A DNA stretch of 62,034 nucleotides from Dehalococcoidia bacterium (GCA_034429855.1 DAOUFT010000111.1:1-62034); one strand, 5' to 3'; shown: positions 10,373 through 21,723, counted from the stretch's first letter. Translations and numbers: made by a program. The notes: generated by a model not told the origin, from the sequence alone.

Positions 10373-10927
10373 GTGTCTCGTATAGGACGGATGCCTGTGA
10401 CTGTGCCTGCCGGTGTAAAGGTAAAGATTGAAGGCACAGAGGTTACCGTAGAAGGTACTAAAGGCAAGCTGACGCGTGAATTCCACCCCGATATTACGAT
10501 CAAACAGGAAAACGGTAACCTGATCGTGACACGCCCCTCCGACAACAGGCAGCACCGCTCGCTGCACGGCCTCGCCAGATCGTTACTGGCCAATATGGTC
10601 AACGGCGTCACCAAGGGTTTTGAGAAGAATCTTGAATTGAGCGGCGTTGGCTATAGGGCCCAGAAAGAAGGCAATAAGCTGAAGTTGCAGATAGGTTACA
10701 GCCATCCTGTGGAATTCGAGCCGCCTAAGGGCATAGATATTCTGGTGGAAGGTACAAATAAGATCCGAATAGTCGGTGTCGATAGAGAGCTTGTCGGCGA
10801 AACGGCCGCCGAAATCAGGCGTATACGCATTCCTGACTCATACAAGGGCAAAGGTGTTAAATATGCCGGCGAAAAGCTTCGCCTTAAACCCGGCAAAGCC
10901 GGTAAGACCGCTACAAAAGGGAAATAG
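10373..10927 (+). CDS. rplF: 50S ribosomal protein uL6
   Basis: GTG start, [17 protein letters not shown], 184 aa. Confidence 0.95.
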   Translation: MSRIGRMPVTVPAGVKVKIEGTEVTVEGTKGKLTREFHPDITIKQENGNLIVTRPSDNRQHRSLHGLARSLLANMVNGVTKGFEKNLELSGVGYRAQKEGNKLKLQIGYSHPVEFEPPKGIDILVEGTNKIRIVGVDRELVGETAAEIRRIRIPDSYKGKGVKYAGEKLRLKPGKAGKTATKGK

Positions 10928-10929
10928 TA

Positions 10930-11295
10930 ATGGCTAAAGTGAGTTCGAATATTGCCCGTAAAAGACGCCATGAGCGTATCAGGACAACGGTAGTAGGTAC
11001 AACGGACCAGCCCAGATTATGCGTATTCCGTAGCCTGAGCAATATTTATGCGCAGGTAATCGACGATGCAGAAGGTAAAACTATTGTCTCTGCGAGCAGC
11101 CTTAGCGCGGGTCTGAAGGAGCAGTTAAAAGGCAAGAACAAGACACAGGTTGCCGAACTGGTGGGATCTGAGCTGGCCAAATCCGCAAAAGAAAAGGGTG
11201 TTACCCAGGTTGTTTTCGACCGGGGTGGCTATAAATACCATGGCCGCGTCAAGGCTCTGGCCGAGGCGGCGCGCAAAGCCGGTTTAAAATTCTGA
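10930..11295 (+). CDS. rplR: 50S ribosomal protein uL18
   Basis: 121 aa, RLCVFRS and [20 protein letters not shown] motifs. Confidence 0.95.
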   Translation: MAKVSSNIARKRRHERIRTTVVGTTDQPRLCVFRSLSNIYAQVIDDAEGKTIVSASSLSAGLKEQLKGKNKTQVAELVGSELAKSAKEKGVTQVVFDRGGYKYHGRVKALAEAARKAGLKF

Positions 11296-11305
11296 GGATT
11301 AGAGT

Positions 11306-11836
11306 ATGAAAGCTGATACTAAAATGCATACTGTTATGCCACGGGTGGATACCAGCGATATGGAATTTACCGAGAAGCTGGTGTCACTGGACCGCGTAAC
11401 CAAGGTGGTCAAAGGCGGTAAAAACATGCACTTCCGGGCGCTGGTGGTTGTCGGCGACGGCAAAGGACATGTAGGCGTCGGCCTGGGCAAGGCACGTGAG
11501 GTTCCGGAGGCTATCCGCAAGGCCGGTGTATCAGCTAAAAAGAATATAATCAACGTTGTTTTTAAAGACAAGACTATCCCCCATGAAAGCTTTTCCAAGT
11601 TCGGGGCTGCCCGCGTGTTGCTCAAGCCGGCTCCTCCCGGCACCGGCGTCATTGCCGGAGGTGGAGTACGCGCCGTTGTCGAAGCTGCGGGCGTCAGAGA
11701 TATCCTGACCAAATCCCTTGGATGCGCCAATCCGGTCAATGTTACCAGGGCGACCGTCCTCGCCCTGGCTAACCTCAGGGATTTCAAGCAGAGCGTCAGG
11801 CGAAGGAAAGGACTGCAGGGGGACGAGGAGAATTAG
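11306..11836 (+). CDS. rpsE: 30S ribosomal protein uS5
   Basis: 176 aa, [27 protein letters not shown] lies 7 nt upstream. Confidence 0.94.
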   Translation: MKADTKMHTVMPRVDTSDMEFTEKLVSLDRVTKVVKGGKNMHFRALVVVGDGKGHVGVGLGKAREVPEAIRKAGVSAKKNIINVVFKDKTIPHESFSKFGAARVLLKPAPPGTGVIAGGGVRAVVEAAGVRDILTKSLGCANPVNVTRATVLALANLRDFKQSVRRRKGLQGDEEN

Positions 11837-11840
11837 TCAC

Positions 11841-12035
11841 GTGGCTACTATACGCATCAAGTGGGTAAAAAGTGATATCGGATACGCCGGCGACCAGAGG
11901 AGAACCATAAAGGCGCTGGGCTTTCACAGGCTGAACGAAGTGGTCGAAAAAGAGGATAACCCCGTTGTCCGGGGCATGATAAATAAAGTCAGCCATTTGC
12001 TTGAAATAGAAGAGAATAAAAATGGATCAAAGTAA
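11841..12035 (+). CDS. rpmD: 50S ribosomal protein uL30
   Basis: GTG 11841 inside ORF 11718..12035 gives (M)ATIRIKWVKSDIGYAGDQRRTIKALGF, 64 aa. GAGGAG at 11825-11830. Confidence 0.9.
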   Translation: MATIRIKWVKSDIGYAGDQRRTIKALGFHRLNEVVEKEDNPVVRGMINKVSHLLEIEENKNGSK

Positions 12036-12465
12036 TTTAAAACCACCCGCGGGGGCCAAACATAAAAAGAAGCGTGTCGGCTGCGGCGACGGCAGCGGTC
12101 ACGGAACTTTTTCCACCCGTGGATGCAAGGGACAGAATTCTCGTTCCGGTCGAGACCTGCGCCCCGGTTTTGAAGGTGGCCAATTGCCGATTTTCAAGAG
12201 GCTTCCCTGGACCAGGGGCTTCACCAATGTGGCCAAAATCAAGTATAGCCTTGTCAATGTGGGCGATCTGAAAAAATTCGATGAAGGCGCCGAGATAAAT
12301 ATAGACATTCTGGTGCAGTCGGGTTTGGTGAAATCGGCGGCCCTGCCGGTGAAAATTCTCGGTAATGGAGAATTGGACAGGGCTCTTACGGTTAAAGCTA
12401 ATAAGTTTTCAGGCGCTGCCAGGAGCAAAATCGAAGCTGCCGGCGGCAAGGTAGAGGAGATTTAG
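12022..12465 (+). CDS. rplO: 50S ribosomal protein uL15
   Basis: 147 aa with a G-rich N-terminal region (KRVGCGDGSGHG). Operon position. Confidence 0.94.
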   Translation: MDQSNLKPPAGAKHKKKRVGCGDGSGHGTFSTRGCKGQNSRSGRDLRPGFEGGQLPIFKRLPWTRGFTNVAKIKYSLVNVGDLKKFDEGAEINIDILVQSGLVKSAALPVKILGNGELDRALTVKANKFSGAARSKIEAAGGKVEEI

Positions 12466-12466
12466 T

Positions 12467-13783
12467 ATGGCGCAGACTCAGTCACGGCCGCGCCTGATCC
12501 AGGCGATGATAGACGCCTTCTCTCTACCTGATTTGCGACAGAAGCTTATATTCACGCTGGGAATACTGATCGTGTTCAGGTTTATTGCGCATGTCCCTAT
12601 ACCGGGTGTGGACCTGGCACAGCTTCAAAAGATATTTGACCGCAGCCAGCTGCTGGGCATGCTCGACCTTTTCAGCGGCGGGGCCATGAGATATTTCAGC
12701 ATAGCCGCAATGGGTGTCTACCCCTATATCACTTCGTCGATTATCATGCAGCTTTTAGTGCCGGTAATCCCAGCTCTGCGCAGGCTCTCCGAGGAAGGAG
12801 AGGCAGGCAGGAACAGGATCAATCAAATAACACACTGGCTGACCATCCCGCTGGCTGCGCTGCAGGGATTTGCCCAGCTTCAGCTTTTACGTAGCCAGGG
12901 CGGTGTTCTGGATGCAGGTGTGCTGGAGACGGTGGCCATCGTGGCATCTTTAACTGCGGGCACGATGTTATGTGTCTGGCTGGGTGAGTTGATCACTGAA
13001 AGGGGTATCGGCAACGGTGTATCAATCATTATTTTCGGCGGCATTATCGCGGGTCTGCCGGAGCAGGTTGGACGCGGTATGATAGCCAAGGACAACTGGG
13101 CGGGGGTTGGCGTATTCGTGTTGCTGGCGCTGGCCACGGTGGTTTTAATTGTAATTTTCACCGAGGGACACCGCCGTATACCGGTGCAGTATGCCCGTAC
13201 GGCTTTCCGCGGCGGTAAAATGTACCGGCAGGCCGGTTCGACTTATATTCCGCTACGCGTTAATATGGCCGGCATGATACCGCTGATCTTCGCCATGTCT
13301 CTCATGGTTTTCCCCGGCACTATCGCCAGCTATTTCGCGGCCCCACCGGGGCAGGAACCCAATTTCGCCAATACCATTATGGAATGGTTTAATCCCAGCA
13401 CCCCCGTGCCTATCGGCCTCTTTTACTGGGTGCTGTACTTCGTGCTGGTCATGGGCTTTACCTTTTTCTATACTATGGTCATATTTGAGCAAATGGACCT
13501 GGCGCGTACGTTACAGAGACAGGGCGGGTTCATTCCAGGCGTACGGCCGGGTAAGCCGACGACGGATTATTTGAACGGCGTTACCAATCGTCTAACCTGG
13601 GGCGGCGCCCTTTTCCTGGCTATCGTGGCCATCATGCCGTTTATCGCCAGTCAGATTACAAACGCGTCCGTTATGACGCTTTCCAGCACGGCCATACTGA
13701 TCGTGGTGGGTGTGGCGTTGGATACTATGAAGCAGATAGAGGCGCAGCTTACCATGCGGCGCTATGAAGGTTTCTTAAAGTAA
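12467..13783 (+). CDS. secY: preprotein translocase subunit SecY
   Basis: 438 aa polytopic membrane protein at the canonical spc-operon position. Ends with the typical RRYEGFLK-like tail. Confidence 0.96.
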   Translation: MAQTQSRPRLIQAMIDAFSLPDLRQKLIFTLGILIVFRFIAHVPIPGVDLAQLQKIFDRSQLLGMLDLFSGGAMRYFSIAAMGVYPYITSSIIMQLLVPVIPALRRLSEEGEAGRNRINQITHWLTIPLAALQGFAQLQLLRSQGGVLDAGVLETVAIVASLTAGTMLCVWLGELITERGIGNGVSIIIFGGIIAGLPEQVGRGMIAKDNWAGVGVFVLLALATVVLIVIFTEGHRRIPVQYARTAFRGGKMYRQAGSTYIPLRVNMAGMIPLIFAMSLMVFPGTIASYFAAPPGQEPNFANTIMEWFNPSTPVPIGLFYWVLYFVLVMGFTFFYTMVIFEQMDLARTLQRQGGFIPGVRPGKPTTDYLNGVTNRLTWGGALFLAIVAIMPFIASQITNASVMTLSSTAILIVVGVALDTMKQIEAQLTMRRYEGFLK

Positions 13784-13796
13784 GGAGGATTTAAAA

Positions 13797-14456
13797 ATGT
13801 TCTTCATTTTGCTTGGAGCGCCCGGAGCGGGAAAGGGTACGCAGGCAGATATCATTGTAAAAGAGATGTCTTTGCCCCACGTCGCATCGGGCGATCTTTT
13901 CAGGCATGCGCTGAAGAACGGAACCGATCTGGGAAAACAGGCGGAATCCTACATGAAAGCCGGTAAACTGGTGCCTGACGAGATAACCATCAAGATGATA
14001 CTTGAACGGATCGCTAAAGACGATTGTGAAAAAGGCTGTGTGTTCGATGGTTTCCCCCGCACACTTGAGCAGGCCAAGGCACTGGACGCCGCTCTGGAAA
14101 AGCAGGGTAAATCGATCGAGAAGGCTATTTATATAGAGGTTCCCGAGAGCGTACTCCTGGACAGGTTGACCGGGCGCTGGGTGTGCCGTACTTGCCAGTC
14201 CCCTTTCCATCAGAAGAACCAGCCACCCAAGAAAGAGGGCGTTTGCGACAAATGCCAAGGGGAACTCTATCAGAGACCTGATGATAAAGAGGAGACCATC
14301 AAGGAGCGCCTCAAAGTTTATTTTGCCCAGACTATGCCTCTGCTCGAGTACTACGAGAAAAAAGGAAGGCTTTTCAGATGTAACGGCAACCAGCATATAG
14401 ACAAGGTAGGCAAAGATATCGTCAAGTTTCTTAAAGGATTGAAGCAGAAAAAGTAA
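13797..14456 (+). CDS. adk: adenylate kinase (zinc-lid type)
   Basis: 219 aa with P-loop GAPGAGKGTQ and a lid carrying CRTC...CDKC. Confidence 0.95.
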   Translation: MFFILLGAPGAGKGTQADIIVKEMSLPHVASGDLFRHALKNGTDLGKQAESYMKAGKLVPDEITIKMILERIAKDDCEKGCVFDGFPRTLEQAKALDAALEKQGKSIEKAIYIEVPESVLLDRLTGRWVCRTCQSPFHQKNQPPKKEGVCDKCQGELYQRPDDKEETIKERLKVYFAQTMPLLEYYEKKGRLFRCNGNQHIDKVGKDIVKFLKGLKQKK

Positions 14457-15206
14457 ATGACCATCATTAAATCGGCCGAAGAGATCGCCATTATGCGAGA
14501 GGCCGGCAGGATTGTTGGGATAGTGTTACAGACAATCAGCCAAGCAGTTAAACCGGGTATTAAGACGCGACAGATCAACGACCTGGCCGAGAAAGAGCTT
14601 GGCAAGTGGAAGGAGGCTAGAGCGTCGTTCAAAGGCTACAACGGTTTTCCTGCCAGCATCTGTACTTCGGTAAATGACGAGATTGTACACGGTATACCCG
14701 ACAACAGGACGCTGAAGGAGGGCGATATAATATCGCTGGATTTCGGTGTCATTTATAGAGGATTTCAGGGCGACGCTGCGGTAACTGTTGGTGTCGGCCA
14801 GGTCAGTCCTGAAGCAACCCGATTGATGGAAGTTGCCCGGGCATCTTTAATCGAGGGGATAGCAGCGGCGCGCGAAGGCGCGACACTGGGCGACATAGGG
14901 GCAGCCATTCAAAATTACGTTGAGCAGAGGGGATACAACGTGGTCAGAGAATACTCGGGCCACGGAATCGGTAGAGACATGCACGAGGATCCCCTGGTGC
15001 CCAACTTCGGTAAAAAAGGCGAGGGGCTTAAGTTGAAAGAGGGTATGACCCTGGCGCTTGAGCCGATGGTGAATGCCGGCGGCTGGAAGACACGGCAGAA
15101 TGCCAACGGCTGGACGGTGCACACGGCCGACCACAGCCTTTCAGCACATTTCGAGCATACAATTGCTATCAGGAGCGGAGACGCTCGGATCTTGACTTTA
15201 CCGTAA
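14457..15206 (+). CDS. map: type I methionine aminopeptidase
   Basis: 249 aa with pita-bread-fold metal-ligand context (DFGVIYRGFQGD, GHGIG, LEP). Follows adk. Confidence 0.95.
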   Translation: MTIIKSAEEIAIMREAGRIVGIVLQTISQAVKPGIKTRQINDLAEKELGKWKEARASFKGYNGFPASICTSVNDEIVHGIPDNRTLKEGDIISLDFGVIYRGFQGDAAVTVGVGQVSPEATRLMEVARASLIEGIAAAREGATLGDIGAAIQNYVEQRGYNVVREYSGHGIGRDMHEDPLVPNFGKKGEGLKLKEGMTLALEPMVNAGGWKTRQNANGWTVHTADHSLSAHFEHTIAIRSGDARILTLP

Positions 15207-15215
15207 GATCAGCAT

Positions 15216-15434
15216 ATGGATAAAAAAGAAGCAATCGAGGTCGAAGGAACTGTAATTGAATCGTTGCCCAATGCCACTTTCAGAGTGGAGCTGGCCAATG
15301 GTCACAGGGTTCTTGCACATATATCAGGAAAGATGCGCAGACACTACATCAGGATATTGCCGGCGGATAAGGTCCTGGTTGAACTGTCACCTTACGATCT
15401 TACAAGAGGCAGGATCACATACCGTTTCAAGTAA
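15216..15434 (+). CDS. infA: translation initiation factor IF-1
   Basis: 72 aa, [20 protein letters not shown]...GKMR..YIRILPGD-like sequence. Confidence 0.96.
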   Translation: MDKKEAIEVEGTVIESLPNATFRVELANGHRVLAHISGKMRRHYIRILPADKVLVELSPYDLTRGRITYRFK

Positions 15435-15450
15435 TGCCGAGAATATCGTT

Positions 15451-15479
15451 TTGACATAAAGTAAATAAAAGATTATATT
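15451..15479 (+). promoter_or_regulatory. internal sigma70-like promoter ahead of rpmJ and the alpha-operon genes
   Basis: TTGACA (15451-15456), 17-nt spacer, TATATT (15474-15479), within the 82-nt infA-rpmJ gap. Confidence 0.55.
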
Positions 15480-15516
15480 ATTAAGCGGTTTTTTTGGAAA
15501 CGAGGATATATCGGAA

Positions 15517-15630
15517 ATGAAGGTCAGAGCTTCAGTTAAAAAACGTTGTGAGAAGTGTAAAATAATCCGCCGCCGCGGCGTTGTGCGGGTGATATGCATC
15601 AACCCCAAACACAAGCAGCGTCAGGGATAG
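15517..15630 (+). CDS. rpmJ: 50S ribosomal protein bL36
   Basis: 37-aa [40 protein letters not shown], not in the ORF track. GAGGA lies upstream. Zn motif CxxC...C...H. Confidence 0.95.
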   Translation: MKVRASVKKRCEKCKIIRRRGVVRVICINPKHKQRQG

Positions 15631-15650
15631 TCACAGGAGAATATTAGAAC

Positions 15651-16040
15651 ATGGCTCGTATTGCAGGCGTAGACATTCCGAGGGAAAAGCAGGTGCTCTT
15701 CTCTTTACAGTACATTCATGGCATCGGACCGAGTATCAGCAAAAGGATATTGAAGACGCTGAAAATCGAACCTACCAAGAAGGTTAAAGACCTGACCGAT
15801 GAGGAAGTCAGCCGCATACGTGAAAGGATAGACAAGGACTATAACGTAGAAGGTGAGCTTCGCAAAGAGGTCACCATGAATATCAAGCGACTGATAGAAA
15901 TAGGCAGTCGCAGAGGTATAAGGCACAAGAGAAATCTGCCAGTGCGCGGGCAGAGGACGCGCACCAACGCGCGCACCAAGCGTGGAGCCAAGAAGACCGT
16001 TGCAGGTCGCGGGCAGAAGCGCGGCGCAACCAAGAAATAA
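15651..16040 (+). CDS. rpsM: 30S ribosomal protein uS13
   Basis: 129 aa, [13 protein letters not shown]. Confidence 0.96.
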   Translation: MARIAGVDIPREKQVLFSLQYIHGIGPSISKRILKTLKIEPTKKVKDLTDEEVSRIRERIDKDYNVEGELRKEVTMNIKRLIEIGSRRGIRHKRNLPVRGQRTRTNARTKRGAKKTVAGRGQKRGATKK

Positions 16041-16057
16041 AGGAGTAGCCAGCTGAT

Positions 16058-16450
16058 ATGCCGCAGAAAAAAAAGGTCAGGACAAGAAAACGAGAACGGA
16101 AGCTGATTCATGAAGGCAAAGCCTTCGTAACATCAACTTTTAATAATACTATTATTACTCTTACGGATGCCAAGGGAGGCGTCATATCATGGGGCAGTTC
16201 TGGCACAGCCGGATTCAAGGGATCGCGCAAGGGCACCCCGTATGCGGCGCAGATGGCTGCGCAGGGAGCCGCCGCCAAGGCAAAGGAACATGGCCTTCGG
16301 CAGGTTGAGGTCTTTGTGCGCGGCCCCGGCAGCGGAAGGGAAGCTGCCATCAGGGCAATTCAGGCCTCGGGTATAGTGGTGTCTGGGATACGTGACGTAA
16401 CACCGGTACCGCACAACGGATGCAGGCCCAGAAAGAGAAGGCGAGTGTAA
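16058..16450 (+). CDS. rpsK: 30S ribosomal protein uS11
   Basis: 130 aa, [10 protein letters not shown] and PHNGCRP.KRRR motifs. Confidence 0.96.
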   Translation: MPQKKKVRTRKRERKLIHEGKAFVTSTFNNTIITLTDAKGGVISWGSSGTAGFKGSRKGTPYAAQMAAQGAAAKAKEHGLRQVEVFVRGPGSGREAAIRAIQASGIVVSGIRDVTPVPHNGCRPRKRRRV

Positions 16451-16453
16451 GAA

Positions 16454-17089
16454 ATGGCGAGATATACAGAAGCTTATTGTCGTTTATGCCGTCGCACTGG
16501 CACCAAGCTCATGCTGAAGGGCGAGCGGTGCTTTAGCGAGAAATGCGCTCTCGAGCGCAGGGATACACCGCCCGGACCCCATGCATCGGGTAGGAAGCGC
16601 AGGCCCAAGGTCTCTGAGCGCGGCCTTCAATTGATGGAAAAACAAAAGGCCAAGTACACATACGGAACATTCGAGCGACAGTTCCGCCGCTTCTTTCAGG
16701 AGGCGTCGCGGGCGCAGGGAATTACGGGTGATAACCTGCTGACACTTCTGGAAAGGCGTCTGGACAATGTCGTTTTCCGGCTGGGCTTCGCCGATTCCCG
16801 TAGTCAGGCCAGACAGATCGTACGCCACGGGCATATCAAACTGAACGGACGCAGGACCGATATCCCCTCATGTCTGGTTAAAACAGGTGACGTGATCGAG
16901 TGGCGCAAGGAAAGCACCAAGAGCGAATACTACAAGACGCTGGTGGAAAGAGTCGAGGATAAGGACGTACCGGCGTGGTTAGCGCTGGAAAAAGAGAATA
17001 TGATTGGCCGTGTTGTGTCAATGCCGGCCGCTGGGGACATAAAAACGAATTTCAACGAGAAAGCGATCGTGGAATTCTATTCCCGATAG
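16454..17089 (+). CDS. rpsD: 30S ribosomal protein uS4
   Basis: 211 aa, MARYTEAYCRLCRR, followed by an S4 RNA-binding domain. Confidence 0.95.
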   Translation: MARYTEAYCRLCRRTGTKLMLKGERCFSEKCALERRDTPPGPHASGRKRRPKVSERGLQLMEKQKAKYTYGTFERQFRRFFQEASRAQGITGDNLLTLLERRLDNVVFRLGFADSRSQARQIVRHGHIKLNGRRTDIPSCLVKTGDVIEWRKESTKSEYYKTLVERVEDKDVPAWLALEKENMIGRVVSMPAAGDIKTNFNEKAIVEFYSR

Positions 17090-17097
17090 GAGGATTT

Positions 17098-18129
17098 TTG
17101 GTTCAATTAGCTTTGCCAAAAATTGAGTGTACCGAATACCGTGAGAATTACGGCAAGTTCGTTGCCGAGCCGCTGGAGAAGGGTTACGGTGTGATACTGG
17201 GCAACAGCATCCGGCGAGTGCTCCTCAGCTCTCTGCGCGGTGCAGCAATTACCTCAGTTTTGATCGAAGGTATCACACAGGAGTTCAGCACCATCCCGCA
17301 TATGAAAGAGGATGTGACTGAATTTCTGATGAACGTGCGTGATGTGCGCATTAAACTGCTTTCCAAGAGTGTTGATGCGGGCAAGATGACGCTGAAAGTC
17401 AAAGGAAAAGCTGATCTGAAGGCTGGCGACATTGTGATAGAGAATCCGACGGATTTCGAGATTGTTAATCCCGGCCTGTACCTGGCAACTCTCGATTCCA
17501 GCGATGCCAAATTGAATATAGAGTTCACTGTTAAGGTGGGCAAGGGGTATCAGCCGGCCGGGACGGGCGACAGCGTTGGCATTATCGTGACCAGCGAGGG
17601 AACCAGTAAGGAGATATCAATCGACGCAGTGTTCTCGCCTGTTACGCGTGCTAACTACTCTGTTGAGAGCAGCGGACCGGGCCAGGGAGCGGGCAAGGAA
17701 AGGCTGATTCTGGAGATCTGGACCGACAGCACGGTTGATCCGATCGAGGCTTTATCTGAAAGTGTGGCGATATTGATCGAGCAGTTCAATTGTTTCACCG
17801 GACTGGCCAGGACTATTGCTGATAAAGAAGAGAGCGAAGCCTGGCAGAAATCTATACCGGCGGATGTATATAATATGCCTCTGGAAAAACTCAACCTGTC
17901 GACACATACATATAACAGCCTGCGTAGGGGCGGCATAACGTTGACTGGCCAGTTGCTGGAGAAGGGCCTTGATGGCTTGATGGCGCTGGGCGGATTCGGC
18001 GTTAAATCGAGGGAGGAAGTGGAGGTCGTGCTGAAAGAACTGGGAGTTGATTCGACAGGCGCCCCTGTTGAAAAAGATAAAAAGAAAAAGCGCGCTAAAA
18101 GCGCCGATACTGAAGGTGACAACCAATGA
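17098..18129 (+). CDS. rpoA: DNA-directed RNA polymerase alpha subunit
   Basis: TTG 17098, just downstream of AGGAGGA at 17088-17094, gives a 343-aa protein. Contains the [11 protein letters not shown] motif and a CTD (YNSLRRGGI). The ORF-track start 16975 overlaps rpsD. Confidence 0.92.
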   Translation: MVQLALPKIECTEYRENYGKFVAEPLEKGYGVILGNSIRRVLLSSLRGAAITSVLIEGITQEFSTIPHMKEDVTEFLMNVRDVRIKLLSKSVDAGKMTLKVKGKADLKAGDIVIENPTDFEIVNPGLYLATLDSSDAKLNIEFTVKVGKGYQPAGTGDSVGIIVTSEGTSKEISIDAVFSPVTRANYSVESSGPGQGAGKERLILEIWTDSTVDPIEALSESVAILIEQFNCFTGLARTIADKEESEAWQKSIPADVYNMPLEKLNLSTHTYNSLRRGGITLTGQLLEKGLDGLMALGGFGVKSREEVEVVLKELGVDSTGAPVEKDKKKKRAKSADTEGDNQ

Positions 18130-18479
18130 GACACAGGTTATCAGGAAAAAAGCTGGGCAGGCCAACGGCGCAACGCTGGTCTTTATACCGTAATCTTGTT
18201 ACCGACCTGCTGAATTACGGCAAGATAACTACCACGTTGCCCAAGGCCAAGGAGGCCAGGGGGCTAGCCGATAAAATGATCACCTTGGGTAAGGATGGTA
18301 GCCTGGCCTCAAGAAGAAGGGCACTGGCTTTCATCTTCGACGAGCAGGTTGTTGAAAAAGTATTTACCGAGTATGCTCCGAGATACAAGTCTCGTGCGGG
18401 CGGCTACACACGTGTATTGAAACTGGGATCCCGCGAAGGTGACAGAGCGCCGATGGCGCTTATTGAGATGGTGGAGTAA
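18126..18479 (+). CDS. rplQ: 50S ribosomal protein bL17
   Basis: 117 aa, [18 protein letters not shown] overlap with the rpoA stop. Confidence 0.96.
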   Translation: MRHRLSGKKLGRPTAQRWSLYRNLVTDLLNYGKITTTLPKAKEARGLADKMITLGKDGSLASRRRALAFIFDEQVVEKVFTEYAPRYKSRAGGYTRVLKLGSREGDRAPMALIEMVE

Positions 18480-18493
18480 GATTCACTTGCGCG

Positions 18494-19285
18494 GTGGAGA
18501 TCTTTAACAAGTTAAGAAAAATTGTTCTTGTGGTCGAATATAACGGCGGATGTTATTTCGGCTTCCAGTGGCAGAAAGCTCAACCCACAATTCAGGATGA
18601 GCTTGAGAAGGCCATTTTTAAGCTGACGGGCGAGAAGAGCCGTGTAATTGCAGCCTGCAGGACCGACACGGGCGTCCATGCCAGGGGTCAGGTGGTTAGC
18701 TTCAGAACCGGGTCAGAGTTGCCTGCGAAAAAATTTGTGAGCGGGCTGAACCATCACCTGCCGCGGGATATCTCGGTTCTCATGGCCGGCGCCGTATCAG
18801 CTAGGTTTAATGTTATCAAGGATGCGGTCAGCCGAGAGTACAGATATATGATACTGAACCGGAGGCCGAGGCCATCCCTGGGAAGTGATATTTATTACCA
18901 TGTAGCGCAGGCGCTGGACGCCGGGCGTATGGACACTGCCAGCAAAATGCTCATTGGCGAGCACGACTTTGCTTCTTTTGTTACGGAGTGGGACAGGAAT
19001 GAGAGCACCATAAGAACTATTTACGATGCGGGAGTAACGCGTGAAGGCGATTTGTTGACCTTCAGCGTAAGGGCCAAATCGTTCTTAACGCACCAGGTGC
19101 GCAATATGGTTGGTACACTTGTAAAGGTCGGGATGGGTAAAATCGGACTGGAGGAATTTAAATATATATTGGAGAGAAAGCAACTGAGTCTTGCCGGGCC
19201 CACAGCGCCGGCGCATGGACTATGCCTGATAAAAGTTATTTATACGGATGATTCGGAGTTTAGATATGAAAACCTATGCACCTAA
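18494..19285 (+). CDS. truA: tRNA pseudouridine(38-40) synthase
   Basis: 263 aa, VEYNGG.YFGFQ.Q and RTD.GVHA (catalytic Asp) motifs. GTG start, exact start uncertain. Confidence 0.9.
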   Translation: MEIFNKLRKIVLVVEYNGGCYFGFQWQKAQPTIQDELEKAIFKLTGEKSRVIAACRTDTGVHARGQVVSFRTGSELPAKKFVSGLNHHLPRDISVLMAGAVSARFNVIKDAVSREYRYMILNRRPRPSLGSDIYYHVAQALDAGRMDTASKMLIGEHDFASFVTEWDRNESTIRTIYDAGVTREGDLLTFSVRAKSFLTHQVRNMVGTLVKVGMGKIGLEEFKYILERKQLSLAGPTAPAHGLCLIKVIYTDDSEFRYENLCT

Positions 19286-19715
19286 AGCACGTGAGATCGA
19301 AAGGAAATGGCATCTGGTGGATGCCAGCGGCCAGACGCTGGGCAGGCTGTCAACGCAGATTGCAAAACTACTTATGGGAAAGCATAAGGCCATGTTTGCC
19401 AATAATATGGATACAGGTGATTTTGTAGTGGTAGTCAATGCCGGGAAAATAAGGGTTACGGGTAAAAAGCTCTCAGACAAGAGCTACTACAGGGTCTCCG
19501 GGTATCCTGGCGGTATCAGGTCGCAGACGCTCGGCGAGGTTCTACGGAAGTATCCGGAACGGGTCATCGAACATGCCGTGAAGGGGATGTTGCCTAAGGG
19601 TACACTGGGCAGGGCTATGTACAGGAAATTGAAGGTATACGCCGGCGACAAACATCCACATCAGGCGCAACTGGCCGGAGCAAAAGAATCTGACAAAGGG
19701 AGCGCGCGCAAATGA
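19266..19715 (+). CDS. rplM: 50S ribosomal protein uL13
   Basis: ATG 19266 gives [20 protein letters not shown], 149 aa. The track start 19248 is 6 codons longer. Confidence 0.94.
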   Translation: MKTYAPKAREIERKWHLVDASGQTLGRLSTQIAKLLMGKHKAMFANNMDTGDFVVVVNAGKIRVTGKKLSDKSYYRVSGYPGGIRSQTLGEVLRKYPERVIEHAVKGMLPKGTLGRAMYRKLKVYAGDKHPHQAQLAGAKESDKGSARK

Positions 19716-20107
19716 GCATAGCAACATATCATCGGGGAACCGGTAGAAGAAAGTCCGCCATAGCCCAGGTGAAAATCACATCCGGATCGGGCAACATCGT
19801 CGTCAATGGTAATCCGTACCAGGAGCTTTTCACGCTGGTCGATCACAGGCGCATGATTGAGATGCCCTTTGCCGTAACCGATACAATTGGAAAATACAAT
19901 GTTGAGATAAAGGTTACCGGCGGCGGCCTTACAGGACAGGCAGGTGCCATTAGACACGGCATAGCCCGTGCCCTGGTTAGCCTGAATGAAAGCTATAAGA
20001 GCCCTTTGCGGCAGCATGGCTTACTGACCCGTGATCCCCGCATTAAAGAACGCAAGAAATACGGCCTGAAACGGGCACGTAAAGCGCCGCAGTATACCAA
20101 GCGTTAA
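19712..20107 (+). CDS. rpsI: 30S ribosomal protein uS9
   Basis: 131 aa ending [12 protein letters not shown] overlap with rplM. Confidence 0.96.
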   Translation: MSIATYHRGTGRRKSAIAQVKITSGSGNIVVNGNPYQELFTLVDHRRMIEMPFAVTDTIGKYNVEIKVTGGGLTGQAGAIRHGIARALVSLNESYKSPLRQHGLLTRDPRIKERKKYGLKRARKAPQYTKR

Positions 20108-20129
20108 TCTTTCCTGTCGGCAGAAGATA

Positions 20130-20165
20130 AAGGAGTGCCCGCTTTATATAAAGCGGGCCCTCCTT
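20130..20165. terminator. bidirectional hairpin terminator between the convergent rpsI and radical SAM genes
   Basis: Near-perfect palindrome AAGGAGTGCCCGCTTTATATAAAGCGGGCCCTCCTT with GC-rich core GCCCGC/GCGGGC. Only modest T-tracts on either side. Confidence 0.6.
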
Positions 20166-20196
20166 GTATGTTTTAGACAGGGGTCGGAATTCGGAT

Positions 20197-21723
20197 TCAT
20201 GCTCCCGTCTGTGTGAGCTTGAGCTGGCGGATGGTTGACTCGGCTATCTTGCGGAAATGAAAACCGTAAATGGCCAGGGATACAGAAAGAGCAAAGGAAC
20301 GGGGCCTTTTAAAGGCCGTCCAAAGCAGCAGATTCCAGAAATAACGGCGCTCCTTTCCCTCTACTCCCAACACCCAGAGCGACCTGAGGAAGGCCCTGAT
20401 ATCCTGCCATTTTATAATCGAGATTTTGGGTCTTCTGGGACGGTATTCCCGCAGGAATGTTTTCACACGCGAGTAATACTCCCTTGGCGAATAAATGGTG
20501 CTGACGATTTTACGATATCCGTCTATAAGTTTATTGATATTCATTTTGGGCACGAAATTAATGGAGATGTCGGTGTTGTTGCCGGAGAAGATACCGGTGA
20601 GGCGGTTTTCCTTCTGCAGACGCTTATGCAGACGTGTGCCGCTGGGAGCATTCAGTAGGCCTACCATAGCCGTCACAACACCGCTTTTCTGCACGAAATT
20701 GATAACGTCTTGGAAGATCGACAGCGGATCGCTATCGAAACCTACTATAAAACCCCCCTGTACCTCCAGTCCGGCGCGTTGAAGCTTTTTCACCGCTGCG
20801 ATGAGGTCGCGGCTCGAGTTCTGTGTCTTGCCGCACTCAGCCAGACTGTCTCTATTGGGCGACTCTATTCCGATGAAGACCATTTTGAAATTGGCTCTGA
20901 CCATGAGATCGGTCAGCTCGTCGTCGTCGGCCAGATTAATCGAGGTTTGTGTATAGAAGGAGAAGGGGAAATGCCGCTTCTGCGACCACTGGATGATGGC
21001 AGGCAGTACATCAGCTTTAAGCTTTCTCTTGTTGCCGATGAAGTTGTCATCTACGATAAAAACGCTATCCCTCCAGCCGGTTGCATAGAGGGCATCGAGC
21101 TCGCCTATCACCTGATCTCTTCCCTTGGTGCGGGGCTTATGGCCGTTGAGTACCACGATGTCGCAGAATTCGCAGTCGTAGGGGCAGCCTCGCGAATACT
21201 GGATCACCATGGATGAATACCGCTTTCTCTGCACCAGATCCCAACGTGGCACAGGGGTCATGCTGATATCAGGGCGTTCCTCAGAAGAGTACACCCTTTG
21301 CGGGCACTGTTTTTCCAGGTCTGCAAGGAAGGGGGGGAGTGTGATTTCGGCCTCGTCGAGAATAAAGTGGTCAACACAAGTAAATTCCTCGTGCTGCGTG
21401 GTGAAAAGCGGGCCGCCGGCCACCACGGTTGCCCCCAGCTTTTTGCAGCGCTTGATAACATTTTTAGCTGAGTCCTTTTGCACTACCATTGCACTGATGA
21501 ACACCATGTCCGCCCACCTGATGTCCTTATCAGTCAGCCGGCTTGTATTCATGTCCACCAGCTTCAGCTCCCAGTCCCGTGGGAGCATGGCGGCTACCGT
21601 CAGCAGGCCGAGAGGCGGGAAGGCCGCCCTCTTGGCAACGAATTTAAGAGCATGTTTGAAGCTCCAGAAAGTCTCGGGGTATTCAGGGTAGATCAGGAGT
21701 ATCTTTTTAACTGTTACCATCAC
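20197..21723 (-). CDS. B12-binding-domain radical SAM protein (class B type, DUF4070-like C-terminus)
   Basis: 508 aa. The N-terminal 130 aa resemble a cobalamin-binding Rossmann domain (KILLIYPEYPETFWSF...GLLTVAAMLP). Radical SAM cluster motif CPYDCEFC is present. The family call is from memory of similar ~500-aa proteins. Confidence 0.8.
   Translation of the reverse strand: MMVTVKKILLIYPEYPETFWSFKHALKFVAKRAAFPPLGLLTVAAMLPRDWELKLVDMNTSRLTDKDIRWADMVFISAMVVQKDSAKNVIKRCKKLGATVVAGGPLFTTQHEEFTCVDHFILDEAEITLPPFLADLEKQCPQRVYSSEERPDISMTPVPRWDLVQRKRYSSMVIQYSRGCPYDCEFCDIVVLNGHKPRTKGRDQVIGELDALYATGWRDSVFIVDDNFIGNKRKLKADVLPAIIQWSQKRHFPFSFYTQTSINLADDDELTDLMVRANFKMVFIGIESPNRDSLAECGKTQNSSRDLIAAVKKLQRAGLEVQGGFIVGFDSDPLSIFQDVINFVQKSGVVTAMVGLLNAPSGTRLHKRLQKENRLTGIFSGNNTDISINFVPKMNINKLIDGYRKIVSTIYSPREYYSRVKTFLREYRPRRPKISIIKWQDIRAFLRSLWVLGVEGKERRYFWNLLLWTAFKRPRSFALSVSLAIYGFHFRKIAESTIRQLKLTQTGA

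Noticed and set aside
15256-15459. 67-aa + strand ORF overlapping infA in another frame
   Set aside because: It lies entirely within or adjacent to the highly conserved infA and has no independent signals.
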